63,490 bases of DNA, filler included, from 9 parts of 9 records of this genome joined end to end with filler, not necessarily neighbours in it, one strand, 5' to 3'. Shown: positions 12,911 to 25,714, counted from the whole stretch's first letter. A program made the numbers and translations. The notes: generated by a model from the sequence alone, not told the origin.

Positions 12911-14523
12911 CTAGTCGCACAAATGAACAAACACCGTACGTGATCATCGCATGGCGGTGAGAGAAGGGGGGGGCGGCAGGGCGACGCGCCGCTGCTGCTC
13001 CCGGAGTGCAGAGCACCATCGAAAGCGGCGCGTTTCCGCAAGAGCGCGCTCTGTTCCTCGCGCAGCGTCTCAGGACTGCGCGCCTCCCCTTGATGCCTCC
13101 ACACATGCGGACTAATCCTACCCGCGTGGAAGTTACAGTGAAAATAACTGTAGCAAGCTATTCTCACAAAGGGTGCGTCTCTGCGCGGCAAGCACGCGCA
13201 CACGAGCACAGCGAGTCACACACCCACGAGTCGTGCGCGCTACTCCGTCGTCTCGCGGGAAGCGCGGGGAACCACGCCAAAACCTGTTGCGGTCGCGAGC
13301 ACGCGATGAGGCGCTGCGTCAACGCGAAAACGAGCGAACAGAATGCACCCAGCTATCGCGAGAATGGCTAGCGAGGGAGTCGAACATCTTGCGACAGTTG
13401 TGACAGACCAAGAAATACGGCCTTCTCGCCTCGGCATGCTGTGAAAGAAAGCGCGGGCCTCCGTGGCTAGGAGGGACAAGCGAGTGCTGGTGGACGGGCC
13501 GCGGCGCGTTGCGGTGCACTCGGCGCGACCGCAGCAATTCCTCCTCCCGTCGCGCGGCGCAGGGAACAGCACGAGCTAGACCGATGGCGCACAGCGACGC
13601 ATTTCCCCACACGCACTCTGCCGGGAAAAAACCTACGCACATCAACGTGTGCTCGACAAAACGAAGCCAACACGGATATTTACGCACAAATGCGTACTGC
13701 TGGAGCGCTACCTCACGCACCTTTTCGGACGGGGGCCTCGCAGATCGCAGGAGGAAAACGGTGACGAATCCTGCTTGCGACGTGAATTGCGGCAGTAGCA
13801 AGCCGGCTTGCGCCAGCACAAGAAATTAGTGCACACTTGAGTATTCGAAATCCGCTAGTGCGCGTCGCTGCGCCACACTAGTGTTCCTCCGTGCGCCTCT
13901 CGATATACTGCCGGTAGTTCTTTTGCTATTCAAACTACAGCAAGTGCTACGGCAACATTTCTATGTCGAAGTGTGCTTGTTTCTATTCCTCTGAAATGGG
14001 GGGATTTTGCGAAGCTATGGGAACAAAAGGAGGGAACTCCTGCACTTGCGCTGGCGCCGACAGTGCACTCTCGCAGCATAGAAACGGATTGCTTCGATGA
14101 AGAAGCGCATTCGCTTTATTACCGCGCAAGAAGGAAACCAATCGTTATGTTACGCAGAGAAAAGAATCAATACCAATTGCGCGAGTACCGAAGAGACACT
14201 ATACAGGGTAGACTGCGCATGGGCGAACGAAAAGCCCGTAGCGCATAGCAAACATGGTACAGTTCGCATAGGCGGGAAATATGGAAAAGCATCGCGCGCA
14301 GCAGTCAGCATTTGGCAACGCGAAAACTGCGCACCACAATGGCCATTGCGATGATTCAGAATGATGATGATGAGGATTTCGCATCCGCTTCGCTATTTGC
14401 GCGATTGATGGAAATCTGGAACCGGAACACCGCGAATGTGAAATCGCGCGGCGGAGTAGAGCGAGGTTAGCCGTACGTAGAGCCCCAGCACGCAAATCTC
14501 GACAATCACAGGAGCGGCACCGG

Positions 14524-15993
14524 TCACGAAATCGTGTCCTGCACCTTGCAATCCGGTGAATCAATGGACAAGAGGGAGCCACACAGCTTGCAAACACGGA
14601 AGAGGCAAGGGTAAATGCCATACCTGTAGCGCCGTCATCCATTCGTGTAGCTCTTCACCCGTCGCACACCCGAGGTAGTATTCGCGCGCTGGGCACGAGA
14701 GGCACAGAGCGAGGTCGTGCTTCAACGGGCGCTTGTCGGAGTCGATCGGAGTACCGGTCTCGTCCATGGTGGGGTGCGATACGCGAGCATCCCGGAGCGA
14801 TATCACGCGGCTTGGTCTTGCGGCGGACGCATTTGGGAAGTATGCCAACGCGGACGGAAGCAGCGCGAAGAAACGGGTTTTCCAAGAAAAATTGCCAAGC
14901 ATTCCACCACCGCCGCGTTTCGCAAGCTTGCCGTGCTTGACTGCGACAGCCGCAAGCGCGTCGGCAGTGCATCGGGCTTCTGGAGCGTCGTGCACCCGAG
15001 CCTGCGCAGCGCAAGCACGCTCCATATCTCCGTCCGTGATATTTTCCGCTTGCATACGCTCGTTGATCCATCGGGTGCTCCGGGAGCCGCTATCGTCAAA
15101 CGTGGCAGACGCAGCGCCCTGTTGCACGTCTATGTGGCGCGACAGCTCCACGCCGGAGGCGTAAATGTAGATGCGGTTCTTTACAGACTCTTGCAGCCAC
15201 GGGCGAACGATGGCGTACAGAGTGCGGAAAAACCACGGCGTGTTCACGATAATCATATCCCCAATACTCTCGGGATAACGCTGTTGTATAGCATCGATGA
15301 TCAATTTTTCTACTCGCTCATTGAAATTGCGCAAAGACATTCCCTCGGCATCCATCAGCATGGAGACACGCCCTGCTGCGCCCTGACGCGCCTGCTCGCG
15401 CAGTGCGATCTCAAGCAGATACACCGTGAAGCGCAGCGTGTCCTCGGGTCCCGAAACCGAAGGGTCAAAGTCGCGATAGCGAATGAAAATAATCGGTCTC
15501 CCCGAGCGATCGATAGCACGGAGAATATAGGCGTAGCCGCGCTTGGCCTCGGCTGCGACGTGCGCAATGGTCATATCATCCACGCGCAGTTGCTGCCGCC
15601 AAGCCAGCGTGTCGCGGAGATGGCGCAGTGAGCGCTCGGCGTCCAGCCCGTTGTGAACGACGTGGCTGCAAAGGGCAAGCGAGGAGAATGCGCCCGAGAG
15701 TAACGCGCAAGGAAAAAAAAACGACAAAAATCCAGTCATCAAATAGCACTTGCGTCGATATGAAATGACAAAGGAGGGGAACCGCATGCGGGTCGAGCAC
15801 AAATGCAGAGCAAGCAAGAATACGACCGCCACGAACTTACACGCCCGAGCAGACACGACGCGCGCTCGAGAAAAACGCACTTTCGCAACAGCCACTCTGG
15901 GCACCGCCCATGCATTAGCGATTGCGGCGGGATCGCACTTCGAACCTCCTCCATGCAGGCAACCAGTTTACGATCATCGCCATCGGATTGCAT
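14524..15993 (-). CDS. CRAL-TRIO (Sec14) plus C-terminal PH domain protein, 3 exons
   Basis: CRAL-TRIO motifs (TLAWRQ, DRSGRPIIF, QQRYPESIGDMIIVNTPWFF..VRPWL) are followed by PH motifs (KHGKLAKRGG..WKTRFFAL..EELHEWMTAL). GT-AG introns lie near 15880-15667 and 14622-14545. Confidence 0.85.
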
Positions 15994-17627
15994 TGTGTAT
16001 ACTTTTGCGCTGCCTAAGTTACGTGCAGAGAAAGGAAATCAGAGGGAGTTTCCTTAGTGCTTGCCGGGCAATGACCGTACTTGCTTTGTACTGAGCTGGC
16101 AAGGGTTTTGCGCTCTGCTGGCTCTTGGAGCGATTGGATTTGGCGTTTGTGCAATTGTCAGCGTAAAGTAGGAAACTTGATAGGATGATATTTGCCTCTG
16201 GAAGAGGGGGCACTGCCTCGTGTCGCACGGCTTCCCCCTTCGTTGAATAACGTAATATTGAGAAGTATAACGTAGACGGTAAATATGTGGAGTGATAATG
16301 TAAGTATTTGGGGCCTCAGGACGTGCTGTGGGGAATCAGCGTATTTAGATGTCTTGTTTTCAAGTCTGGTATACAGAGGAATGATATATACGTACGCCCT
16401 ACCTCGAACCCTGACCTGGCGGAGCAGTCCTTCAATGCAAGCGCACGGCGCTTCGTCTTCAGTCAGACTCTTTCTGTCTCGAGAATCCCAAGGTACAGCA
16501 ACTCGACGCTTCTTTCTCGCTGCGCGTGTGCTCGGCGCGGATGAGCACGTATTGTTTCACAGTTCTCGCCGCTATACTTCCATATGTGTCATAAGCATGT
16601 GCTTGAATTGGAAAATTGGGGTTATCGGTTCCCAATAGTATCATCTTTGAGGGCACCCCTGAGGCAGCCTTTTGCGGCGAGTTGTGGTTCGCAGCTGTAG
16701 GTTGCGTACGTCATTTTCGCACACGTGCCGCCTGCGTAGCCTATGGCATGCGTTTCTGTTGCGAGGCGGTGAGATCACCGACGCTTTCCGCGGCGCAGAA
16801 CGTCGTGCAAATGAATGGCGTGAATGTAGCTGGTACGAAAAGTGGTACATGTGCTACGCCGGGTAGCGGCTTCCTTGACTCTCTGTGTAGCGCTTCTCCT
16901 GGGCTGCGAAGCTCGCCGTGCTTCGCACCGCTTTTGGCGAGGGGCCGAACGGTCACGGGGTGTGTACCGACGGGCTGCCGCGAGTTCCCGTCCGGGCAGG
17001 GACGCGGCCGTGCGCACCGGGTTGCTACTCGTCACGGGCAGCACGGGAACGGCGCGCGCGCTTTCTTCGGCTCGCACGGAAGGCAGCATGCGCAGAGCGC
17101 CGTTTCCGTTTTGTGGTCACGTTGCAACGTGCACGTAGAGGAAGTAGCCAACATGTGTTGTCTTGTTTCCTTTTGGTGCTGTGGTTTTGCTCTGCCGTGC
17201 TTGCAGTTTTCCCGGTGGTCGCCTCCCGTCGCGTGCTTGTGCCTTTCTGTTGTGCTCGTGCGATGCCAATTCTTCGTTCGCTCGGGTCCCTTCGTGCCGG
17301 CTCGCATGCTGTGAGACTGCTTCCACGTGCGCTCGTGAGGAGGAATGCATACGCTGTGATCAAGTGGAGGGTTTCTTTTTCTTCATTGCCGCGCTTCCAC
17401 GGGCGGAGTGCGCGCGCCTGTTTTGCAGCCGAGCGCGCTCTGATTCGTGGGGCTATGTTGGTCTCTGTGCTTATTGCTGCAGCAGCGCGTGTGTGCGTGC
17501 GAGCGCGTGTGTGTGTGCACCTGTGTGTTCCTGTCTGTGCGAAAGAGCGACAGCGAGAAATAGGCACCGATCTTTCTCTCTTTTTTTGCCTGTTGCAATC
17601 GGCTCTTGTCCTTGCATCACAGTCAGT

Positions 17628-17635
17628 TATATAAG
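17628..17635 (+). promoter_or_regulatory. Candidate TATA box upstream of cyclophilin
   Basis: TATATAAG lies about 340 nt upstream of the ATG. A pyrimidine tract plus CAG acceptor ending at 17969, just before the ATG, suggests a 5'UTR intron. Confidence 0.35.
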
Positions 17636-17971
17636 TTGAAAACGAACTGACCTAGACTAGGTTTCGTCAAGGTTTCCTACCACTGACCCTTGTGAGCAGT
17701 ATCCCCGGCCAATACTGTTCAGATGCAGCCTGCCTGCCCGCATAGAGTCTCCGAGCACGACTGGGCGCTCATGTGGCTCTTTGCAGAATGTTGTTGCCTT
17801 TCTGGGCCTTTATGTAAATCACTGGCACGCTTTGGAACGCAAGGGTTGTGAATGTATTGCTTGTGTATTGCGCTTCAGGTTCCTAAAGCTGTGGATTCGA
17901 TCTCCGTGTGGGCTTCCGCCGTTTGTTTTCCCCCCTATGCAGGAATCCTTCTTGCTTCCTCTTCTTCAGCA

Positions 17972-19327
17972 ATGCCGAACCCCAAGGTTTTCTTCGATAT
18001 TTCCATCGGCGGCAGCCCGGCCGGCCGCGTTGAGTTCGAGCTCTACGCTGACGTCGTCCCGAAGACTGCGGAGAACTTCCGTGCTCTCTGCACTGGAGAG
18101 AAGGGTACGGCCGCAGCATTGTATGTGCAGCCTCGTCGTTCTCCCGCGCTCACGCCCCTCGGCACTTTCTCGTACACCACAGGAAGATGAGAATAGAGTT
18201 GCGTGGCGCATACTGTACAGCTGTTTTCTGTCCCGCCAAGCGGGTTCTTGCACCTACTCACACCTCCGGCCGAGGTAGGGGCTGCAGCCTTTCTTGTCGT
18301 GACGCGATTCTTTGCTTCGCGCTGAGCGCGCTTGCAATGGTGAATTGTGGTTTCTAATAGCTGCTTGTCGACCTACCGCTTCTGCGCTCTAACAGGAAAC
18401 ACCTCGGGTGGCAAGCCTCTTCACTACAAGGTGCGTGTGCACGGCCATTTGCACCGGAAGTACTGGGGTGTCATGAAGTTGTTGCGGTGATGTCCCCGGT
18501 ATCACGCTGCGGAATCCTTGTCGCTCCAATTTCTCCGCGCCCACCCAAAGTGCTCATGGTACGAAGTCGCGCTTCCTTTTGCGCTGCTTTGCAACGGCAA
18601 CGTGCAGAACTGCGGCTTCCATCGCATTATCCCCGGCTTCATGTGCCAGGGTGGTGACTTCACGCGCGGCAACGGCACCGGCGGCGAGTCCATCTACGGC
18701 GCGAAGTTCGAGGATGAGAACTTCAAGATCCGCCACACCAAGCGCGGCCTGTACGTTGCGGAGCATCGTACCATATAGGAACGCGCAGTATGATTTCTCA
18801 TCGCGCACTCTCCGTGGCTTTTGCCGCGTGACCAGCTGCATGAGCGTTGCGACTACATCGTTTTCGTTCTTTCTATCAATTGTAGTGCCTCGGCGCGCGC
18901 ACGGTGCTGTAGGCCGAGCGCTGCGCTCCTTGCTGATGCGTTGGCTCATGGAATCGATCTCATGAATGCACTTTGCGCTCGTTTCCAGCCTCTCGATGGC
19001 CAACGCTGGCCCGGGCACGAACGGATCCCAGTTCTTCATCACGGTCGCCGAGACGCCGTGGCTCGACGGGAAGCACGTGGTGTTCGGCGAAGGTGAGTCG
19101 CTGTCGTTCCGCTTTGGATGCGCGGAGTGTAAAGAGCATCGATTTCTGCGCGTTTTGCGCGTGGAGCAGAGGAGCTCGTTCCTCACCGGCATGGTTTCGG
19201 ATCGCGCCTCCTGTTCCTGTTTGCAGTGTCGAACGGATACGACGTGATCGAGAAGATGGAGAGCGTTGGCTCGCAGAGCGGCGCGACCCGCAAGCCCGTC
19301 GTGATCTCCGACTGCGGCCAGCTCTAA
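17972..19327 (+). CDS. Cyclophilin A-type peptidyl-prolyl isomerase, 5 exons
   Basis: [30 protein letters not shown]|..KPLHYK|..[28 protein letters not shown]..|[28 protein letters not shown]|..ISDCGQL*. Confidence 0.97.
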
Positions 19328-19625
19328 GCTGCAACGCGGCAGCTTGGCGCAGCTATCGTATTTCGGTGCCGTTTGTGCGAGCGCAGTACTGCACTGGCAC
19401 AGTTTGGATCGCATAATACAGTAACGCTGTGCCCGTGCATGTGAAGCTTAAAGGAAGCAATACGAACGGCGTCGCCCGTCGTTCCCAGCACAACCATTGA
19501 TCGCTAGCGCACAGGTTCTTTATTCGTCGCCAGCAAGGCGGAAAAGCTGGAAAGTACGCAGCTGTTCTGCAATCACCAGCCGAGAAAATCGCGGCACGCA
19601 CGGATCAAGCACAGCAGCATCCTTT

Positions 19626-21524
19626 TTAGAGCTCTTCCTTCTCGCTCTTCGACGCCTTCTTGTTCTTCTTCGGCAGCTTGAACTTTTTGGCGGCGTTCTT
19701 CTTCAAGAACTTGAGCATGGCCTTGATGGTGCGCTTGCCGTCGTACTTGATCGGCTCAGCGCCTCCGGCGGGGTACAGGTAGATCGTGGGGAATCCCTCG
19801 ACCTGCACGCACAAACGCGGAACAAGAGCGGGAGCGACGCGCGCATTAGTCGGCCAAGCACCGCACGGAGAGTGCGGGCATAAGCATGATGCCGCGTCGA
19901 GTGCCGCGCCCATCTCAACGTTTCCTGCACGCAGCGACGAGTGCGCGATGGCGCGGCAGCAAGCCCGAGCGCACCTTGAGGCCATCCGCCTCGTTCTCCG
20001 TGCCGTCCATCTTCGCGATGACGAGCGAGTCGACGTCCTTGACGCGCTTCGCGAGTTTCTTCCACTTGGGCTCAAGAGCCTTGCAGTGGCCGCACCACGG
20101 CGCGTACACTTCGAGGAACACGTCCTTCTCCTCATCGAGGACCACCTGCGTGCGCGCGGCGGCGATGCGACGAACGCGCGCGAGTGCGGAAGAGACGCAT
20201 TGAGCAACGAGCGAGCCGTACTGTCCAACACACGGCCATTCCCGCTTTCCCCGTGCTTCCCTACGGGAAAATCACGCCCCGGATCGCACGTTCGCCCGCG
20301 CAGTGACGGGCCCGTACCTTCTTGAAGGACTTTCCCACAACAACGTGCACGCCGTCCTCGAGGGGATCCTCGGGCTCTGCGGCGGACTTGAGGAAGCGCT
20401 CGAGCTTTCCCTTGACGAGGTCGTCCGCGAACGCTTGCAGCGTATCCTTCTTGAACTCGACCTGCACCGCGTTCGGCACGCGGAAGAGCAAGGCACGCAG
20501 GCACATGGCGACGTCGACGGCGATGGGCAACGCGGTTCAGCGCAATGGACGCAACTCGAGCGCATAGCGAGGCTCGTAGCGCCTAAAGTGTATGTGGATA
20601 CGTAGGACATCATGCAATCGCAGCGTGCGCGTATTTCACTGCACACGACGGTGCACCAGACGATTCATTCCGCAGGTACTGCCGGTCGGAAGGAAACGAT
20701 AGAATAGAAGATAACGTATACAGCAAGCTCGCCCGAGGAAACGACGGCGAAAGCGAGCCGACAAACCGCAACGGCAGCGGCATCAGCATCAGCAAGGGGA
20801 CTATCTTCCGTTGCAATACGATGAAAGATACACTGCACTGCGTGAGTGGTACAGCTGTAGCTTCCAAGTACCAACATACGGAGTGATTTCTCCCGCGCAG
20901 TCAGTAACGCGCCGCGTGTGCAAACCATACCTTCTTGGGCTTGTACACCTTCATCTCGTCTTCCATATCCACGGCGACGAAGCTGGGAAGATCCTCCTTC
21001 TTCATCTGGAAAAAGTCGAGAACACCGCTCTCCGACTCCGGGATGCTCACGTAGATGACCGCATCGCGGTGGGTCTTGGCAACCTCGTTCACCACAGCGA
21101 ACTCATCCGCGTTATCCTCCTTGCTGCCGAGGAAGATGAACTGCTTCTTGATCTTCGCGTCGAAGATATCGCGGGCGAAATCGCGCGAGTACGGGATGAC
21201 ACGCGGGACGCGCTCGGAGCGCAGCCACTCCAGCGTTGCCTTCTCATCGCTGCTATCGCCATCGAACTCCACGTGCGTGGTCTCAAAGTTCTCCGCGGAG
21301 CGCTTCAGCACGGCAACTGGGGCCTTTCCTTTGACACCGAGATGCTTGATGACGTCCGCGTTATCCTTCGAGACAAACGCAGTCGGCATCTGCGAGGCTG
21401 CAAAGCTAAAAAGGAGGAAAAGAGGACGGGCCAGCGAGATCGAGGGCGCAGGTTCAGGTGGCAGCACGCGCACGCACACACACGTCCGGGCATCCCGCCA
21501 CAGCCGTAGCAGCATAAAGCCCCG
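19626..21524 (-). CDS. Protein disulfide-isomerase, 3' part (5' end beyond contig)
   Basis: The a' domain has YAPWCGHCK, AKMDGTENE and VEGFPTIYLYPAG. The b/b' exons lie upstream. The C-terminus KEEL* resembles an ER-retrieval signal. Confidence 0.93.
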
Positions 21525-21624
21525 NNNNNNNNNNNNNNNNNNNNNNNNNNNNNNNNNNNNNNNNNNNNTTAATTAATTAANNNNNNNNNNNNNNNNNNNN
21601 NNNNNNNNNNNNNNNNNNNNNNNN

Positions 21625-24509
21625 GTGAGGAAACATCACAGCTCTACCATCGATCCCGAGCACGCGGAGCAACAGCAATCGGTACATGACACACAGTACC
21701 ACGTACCTTGCTTTTCTCTCGCCTGGAGGAGCATGAGCGCTTCTCCACCGGGGTAATTCCTCGCTGAAGCTGCAGCGCCAAACGCCGTCACGCACAGCGC
21801 TAGTGCGATTCCCGCATACAATCCGTAGCGGTAGATACGCCACAGCACGTGCGATTTCTTCCTCGCATCGGCGATATGCATCGCTGCAGGCAACGTGAGG
21901 ACTGGGAACACGTAGAGAATAAATCGTACTTCTGCAGTGCGGAGAAAGAGAAACGAAAGAAAGAAAACGAAGGTTGAAGAGAGAGAAGTAACCACCGAGA
22001 ATACGACTTGTACATCCCTATTGTCTGTCTCTCATTGTAGAGCAAGTTACAGTCCACCGGCAAACGGGAAACGAAAGCAAAGAGAAATCAATAGTGGCGC
22101 TTAGAAAGAAGAAGAGGAGGGCAAGAAAACAAAGGAATCGCCAACAAATGACATTCGAATCGATAGCAACCCAAAAACGTCCAGAACGAAACGGGTTCTC
22201 CACTTTTTTTTTCGCTGTGAGAGAGGAAGAGACTTTGCGTGTCTTCTCACTGGCAGGAATCGCAGTTGTGTAACAAGGACGCGCCACCCATCTATCATTT
22301 CGCCTCCGCTTTCTCTTTGCACGGAACGAAGAAGAATTCGGAATTGCTACCGCTCGGGTTTCATTTGCACGGGAATGATTTCCGTTTTCCTTTCACGTAG
22401 CTGAGCGCGATCGCTACTCCTACGTGCTCACACTGGACCACAAACAAATACCGAACCTTTATGCGGCAAAAGCGAGTAAAGAGCAATAAACGCGAGCGCG
22501 GGAAGAACGTAGGGAGCGAGTTTCTTCCGGAACTGTACGAGTCCGATGGGAAGTAGCAGGTACGAGATCGTCATCGCGCGCGGAAGTGCCGAAGTGAAGT
22601 ACCTGATCCGCACGCGCACAGCATCGGCGAACAGCGCGCCCGTAAGCACCGCAGCGCCACGCCAGGAACCCTCCCGCTGCGTTCCCACGCACCGCGCGTA
22701 CCCCCCTCGATACAATCCGCGGCATACACGCGCTCACCATCGCGTATGAACGCACCATAGCGGCGGCATGCGCCCCCAGCGATGTGACTGGTTGAGCGCG
22801 GTGTTGAAGTAGAGCACTTCGCCCTCCGGCCACAGCCATCGACGCCACAGCGCCGAGTCTACGGCGACGGTGAGCGCCAACGCAGCGGCCGCAGCGATGC
22901 CGCAGCGCCACACAGCGCGCCACAGATGGATCTTGCCGCGGACGAGTGCTGCGACGACGACGGGGAACGCGAGCGCCGCGATCTGCGAGCGGTGGGAGAG
23001 CGGAGCGCGCGGAAGACGACGCGGGAACGGAGCGCGTGAGCGAGCGCGTTCGCCCGCGGGAGGGACTGGAATCACCAAGGAGTACGGTGAATGGTATACC
23101 CCCCTCTCTCGCCCCCGCGCGCGACTCCTTTCGCCGAAGCGCAAGACGGCCGTGTTCGCGCGTGCTGCGAGCGCGCCAAGGAGCACAAACGGGAGTCGGA
23201 GGGAGCGGAACACGGTGCACGCGCCGCGGCGATCGAGCGCACCTCCGAGCGGAAGATGACCGTTGCGGCGGTTAGACCAACGAGGCACTTCCTGTGGAAT
23301 CCGCGAATCCACCACGAGAAGCTTACGAGGACGATGGCGAACGCAAATGTGTTGGGAAGCGTACGCGAAGCGTAATACACGGTGTGGAATTGGCAGAGAA
23401 GCAGAATCTGGTACGTATTCGCCACAGATTCGCCGAAGCGGTGGCGCAGCGTCGATCGAAACGCCGCGTTCGCAGCCGTTACAAACGCCAAGAGGACCAT
23501 GCGCGCAATCATCAAGGATGCGAGCTTCGATAGGCCCATCCACTGCAGTCAAAGGATTACGAGCGCACGATACGATCACACAGGCGTACGCGCGCAGTGA
23601 TTATTGCAGGATGGAGGTGAAGCAAGAAGCGGCGGTGAAGGTACGAGGAAGCGGGAGAGCGCAAAAGCGCGCGCGAATGCAAGGAAGCCTCGCTCAACCA
23701 GGAGGAAGGGCGTTCCATAAGCTACGCGCATCCTGCATGCGGCGCGCTTCGGCGTGTGCCATTGGTACGAGAGCGCGCCTCTTCGTCCGCAAGTCGTACC
23801 TGGACAATGAAGTGCAGTGGGGACGCAACAATGGAGACGGCGAGGGCGCCGAGGAACGTCCGCGGAACGACGCCTGGAAACTCGTGATGGTCGTACAGGT
23901 CGATGTTCGACCGGTGGAAGAGGATATCGTGGATTGCCTGTACACGTACGATGCAGAAGGACGGAACAGGAGTATCATCACGCCATTCCCTCGGTGTGGA
24001 GCCGTACGCGATCGTGGCGCAGCTCCGGCCGTTCAGGACCAGTAATCACAATAACCAGCGTGTACTACTGCAAGGGCAGCAGTCACTGCATGGGCACGAG
24101 AGCACCATCGTCGCACTCGAGAATTGTGCGCACGGCTCTTCAAGGACGAATACCGGGTCAAGCGGGCCGGAAAAGGGAGGACCGGTCAACCGTTCTCCAG
24201 TATCTGCTCCATCCTCGTCGCAGAATAACGATGGAGCGCCGCCTACTCTTGGGGGAAAATAGGGATTCTCAAGCCCCGTTCCTGTGCTGTAGCCAATCAT
24301 CGACATGAATCGGGTACGATACGTACTTGTGTATTGAAGCTCTCCTCGACTTTGTTGAAAGGGGCGAGAATGATGCACAGTAGCCCCACAGAAAAGAACA
24401 GGTAGTCGTACGAAGCGAACGAGAACAGCCCGGACCCTTTCCCAACCGTGTGCTGCGTCGACTGCGATCGCAGAGCGTCCTGCAAGACGTCCGATGGGTT
24501 CTGTAGCAT
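21625..24509 (-). CDS. ALG12: Dol-P-Man alpha-1,6-mannosyltransferase (GT22), multi-exon, 3' end truncated by contig edge
   Basis: [88 protein letters not shown] are ALG12 signature segments. Confidence 0.92.
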
Positions 24510-24626
24510 CTGTGCAAAGGAACAAGGCACATACATTTAGGTGGCATGCCGGAGTAAGGCGCGCGTAGGGGCTACCACATGATGCAGAGAGGAAACCTGC
24601 GCGGAGAGAGTCAGCTTTGCAGGTCA

Positions 24627-25520
24627 CTATCGCACCTCGCCTGTGTTGAAATTCTGGAATACCGGCGCGGGTTTCTCGTCATTATCAGAATCATCTGCAT
24701 CGACGAAATCCCAATCGACCTTTTCCGTGGGCGGGCGAGGACGGTTGGGTTTCTGCACGCGGGCGGGACAACGAAGCTGCGCTGTGAGTTCGCTTCCCGC
24801 GCGTCGTGGCGCATCCTCGTGCAGAGTCGCAGAGCGCAAGAGTGCGCGCGCACGACCACGCGCCCAGCCTGTATCCGTTGGTGACAAGAGCTGTGATGGA
24901 TTGGCATCGCGTGCATACAACGTGTGACTCGCTCGCGCCGTCCACACCGCAACGAACGCGGCGTGCGGGCCCGTGCGCGCGTACCTGGAGAAACGCCCAC
25001 GACGCCTTCTCGCGCTTGTGCAGCACAACGCGGAGATCGCGACCGGTGCGAACGATTTTGGACTTGTTCGCATCAATTGTGGCAAAGAGCTCCAGTTCCA
25101 GTTCATGTCGGGAACTTTTCATCACGAAGCGCTCTTCCGTGTCGAACGCGCACTGTATTCGCGCGGACAGCGGTCGCGGCGCGGTGAGGCGGCGCTGCGA
25201 GAGCGACACGCTCGCTTCGCGCATCCGTCCAGCCGCCAGAAGCAACCCACAGAGAAATGCACCAAACGCAGTTTAAAGCAAACGATCATATACATGATAT
25301 GTCGAATACGGCGCGTTACGAATCCACGCGCAGTGATTGCTGCGCTACGGTGCGGGTAGAAAGACACCCGCGCTGCCGCTCCTCCCGCGTGCGCGTCGCG
25401 AAGGCTCGCACGGGCTCCCGCCGCTCGCACCTCTGCTTTTCCATCTTCATTAACGCCTGTCAACGTGAGTACCACAGCATCACTAGTCTGACCCCAGCGA
25501 TACGGGGGAAACAGCGGCAT
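24627..25520 (-). CDS. p23/Sba1-like CS-domain Hsp90 co-chaperone (3 exons; possibly spliced onto ALG12)
   Basis: MPLFPPYRWGQTSDAVVLTL..|..ELELELFATIDANKSK..RVVLHKREKASWAFLQ|KPN..KVDWDFVDADDSD resembles the p23 core and its KVDWDxxxDED motif. Confidence 0.75.
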
Positions 25521-25622
25521 ATCAGCGGCTTCGTACGTCACTCTTTCACGCACTCGCAGCACTTTCGCTCGTTTCGCGCACGATTCGGCAGGCTGGAAGC
25601 GCTCGCGCGCAGCGCTGCCCGA

Positions 25623-25714
25623 TACGATATGATCATCGTGCATGTCAGATGTACGACATGGAGAGTGCGCTCCATGGTACGAAATGATCATCGTTCATGT
25701 CAGATGTACGACAT
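25623..25714. repeat. Two 37-bp direct repeats separated by an 18-bp hairpin-forming spacer
   Basis: TACGA(T/A)ATGATCATCGT(G/T)CATGTCAGATGTACGACAT at 25623-25659 and 25678-25714, with 2 mismatches. Confidence 0.9.

Noticed and set aside
14717-15631. Long antisense or overlapping ORFs in the ORF track
   Set aside because: They are shadows of GC-rich coding exons and have no recognisable motifs.
9761-21524. Functional proteostasis cluster (EMC4, SUMO, cyclophilin, PDI)
   Set aside because: The orientations are mixed and these are common housekeeping genes in a compact genome. There is no evidence of co-regulation.
25623-25714. Mini-CRISPR (37-bp repeats)
   Set aside because: Only two repeats, an 18-nt spacer, eukaryotic context and no cas genes.
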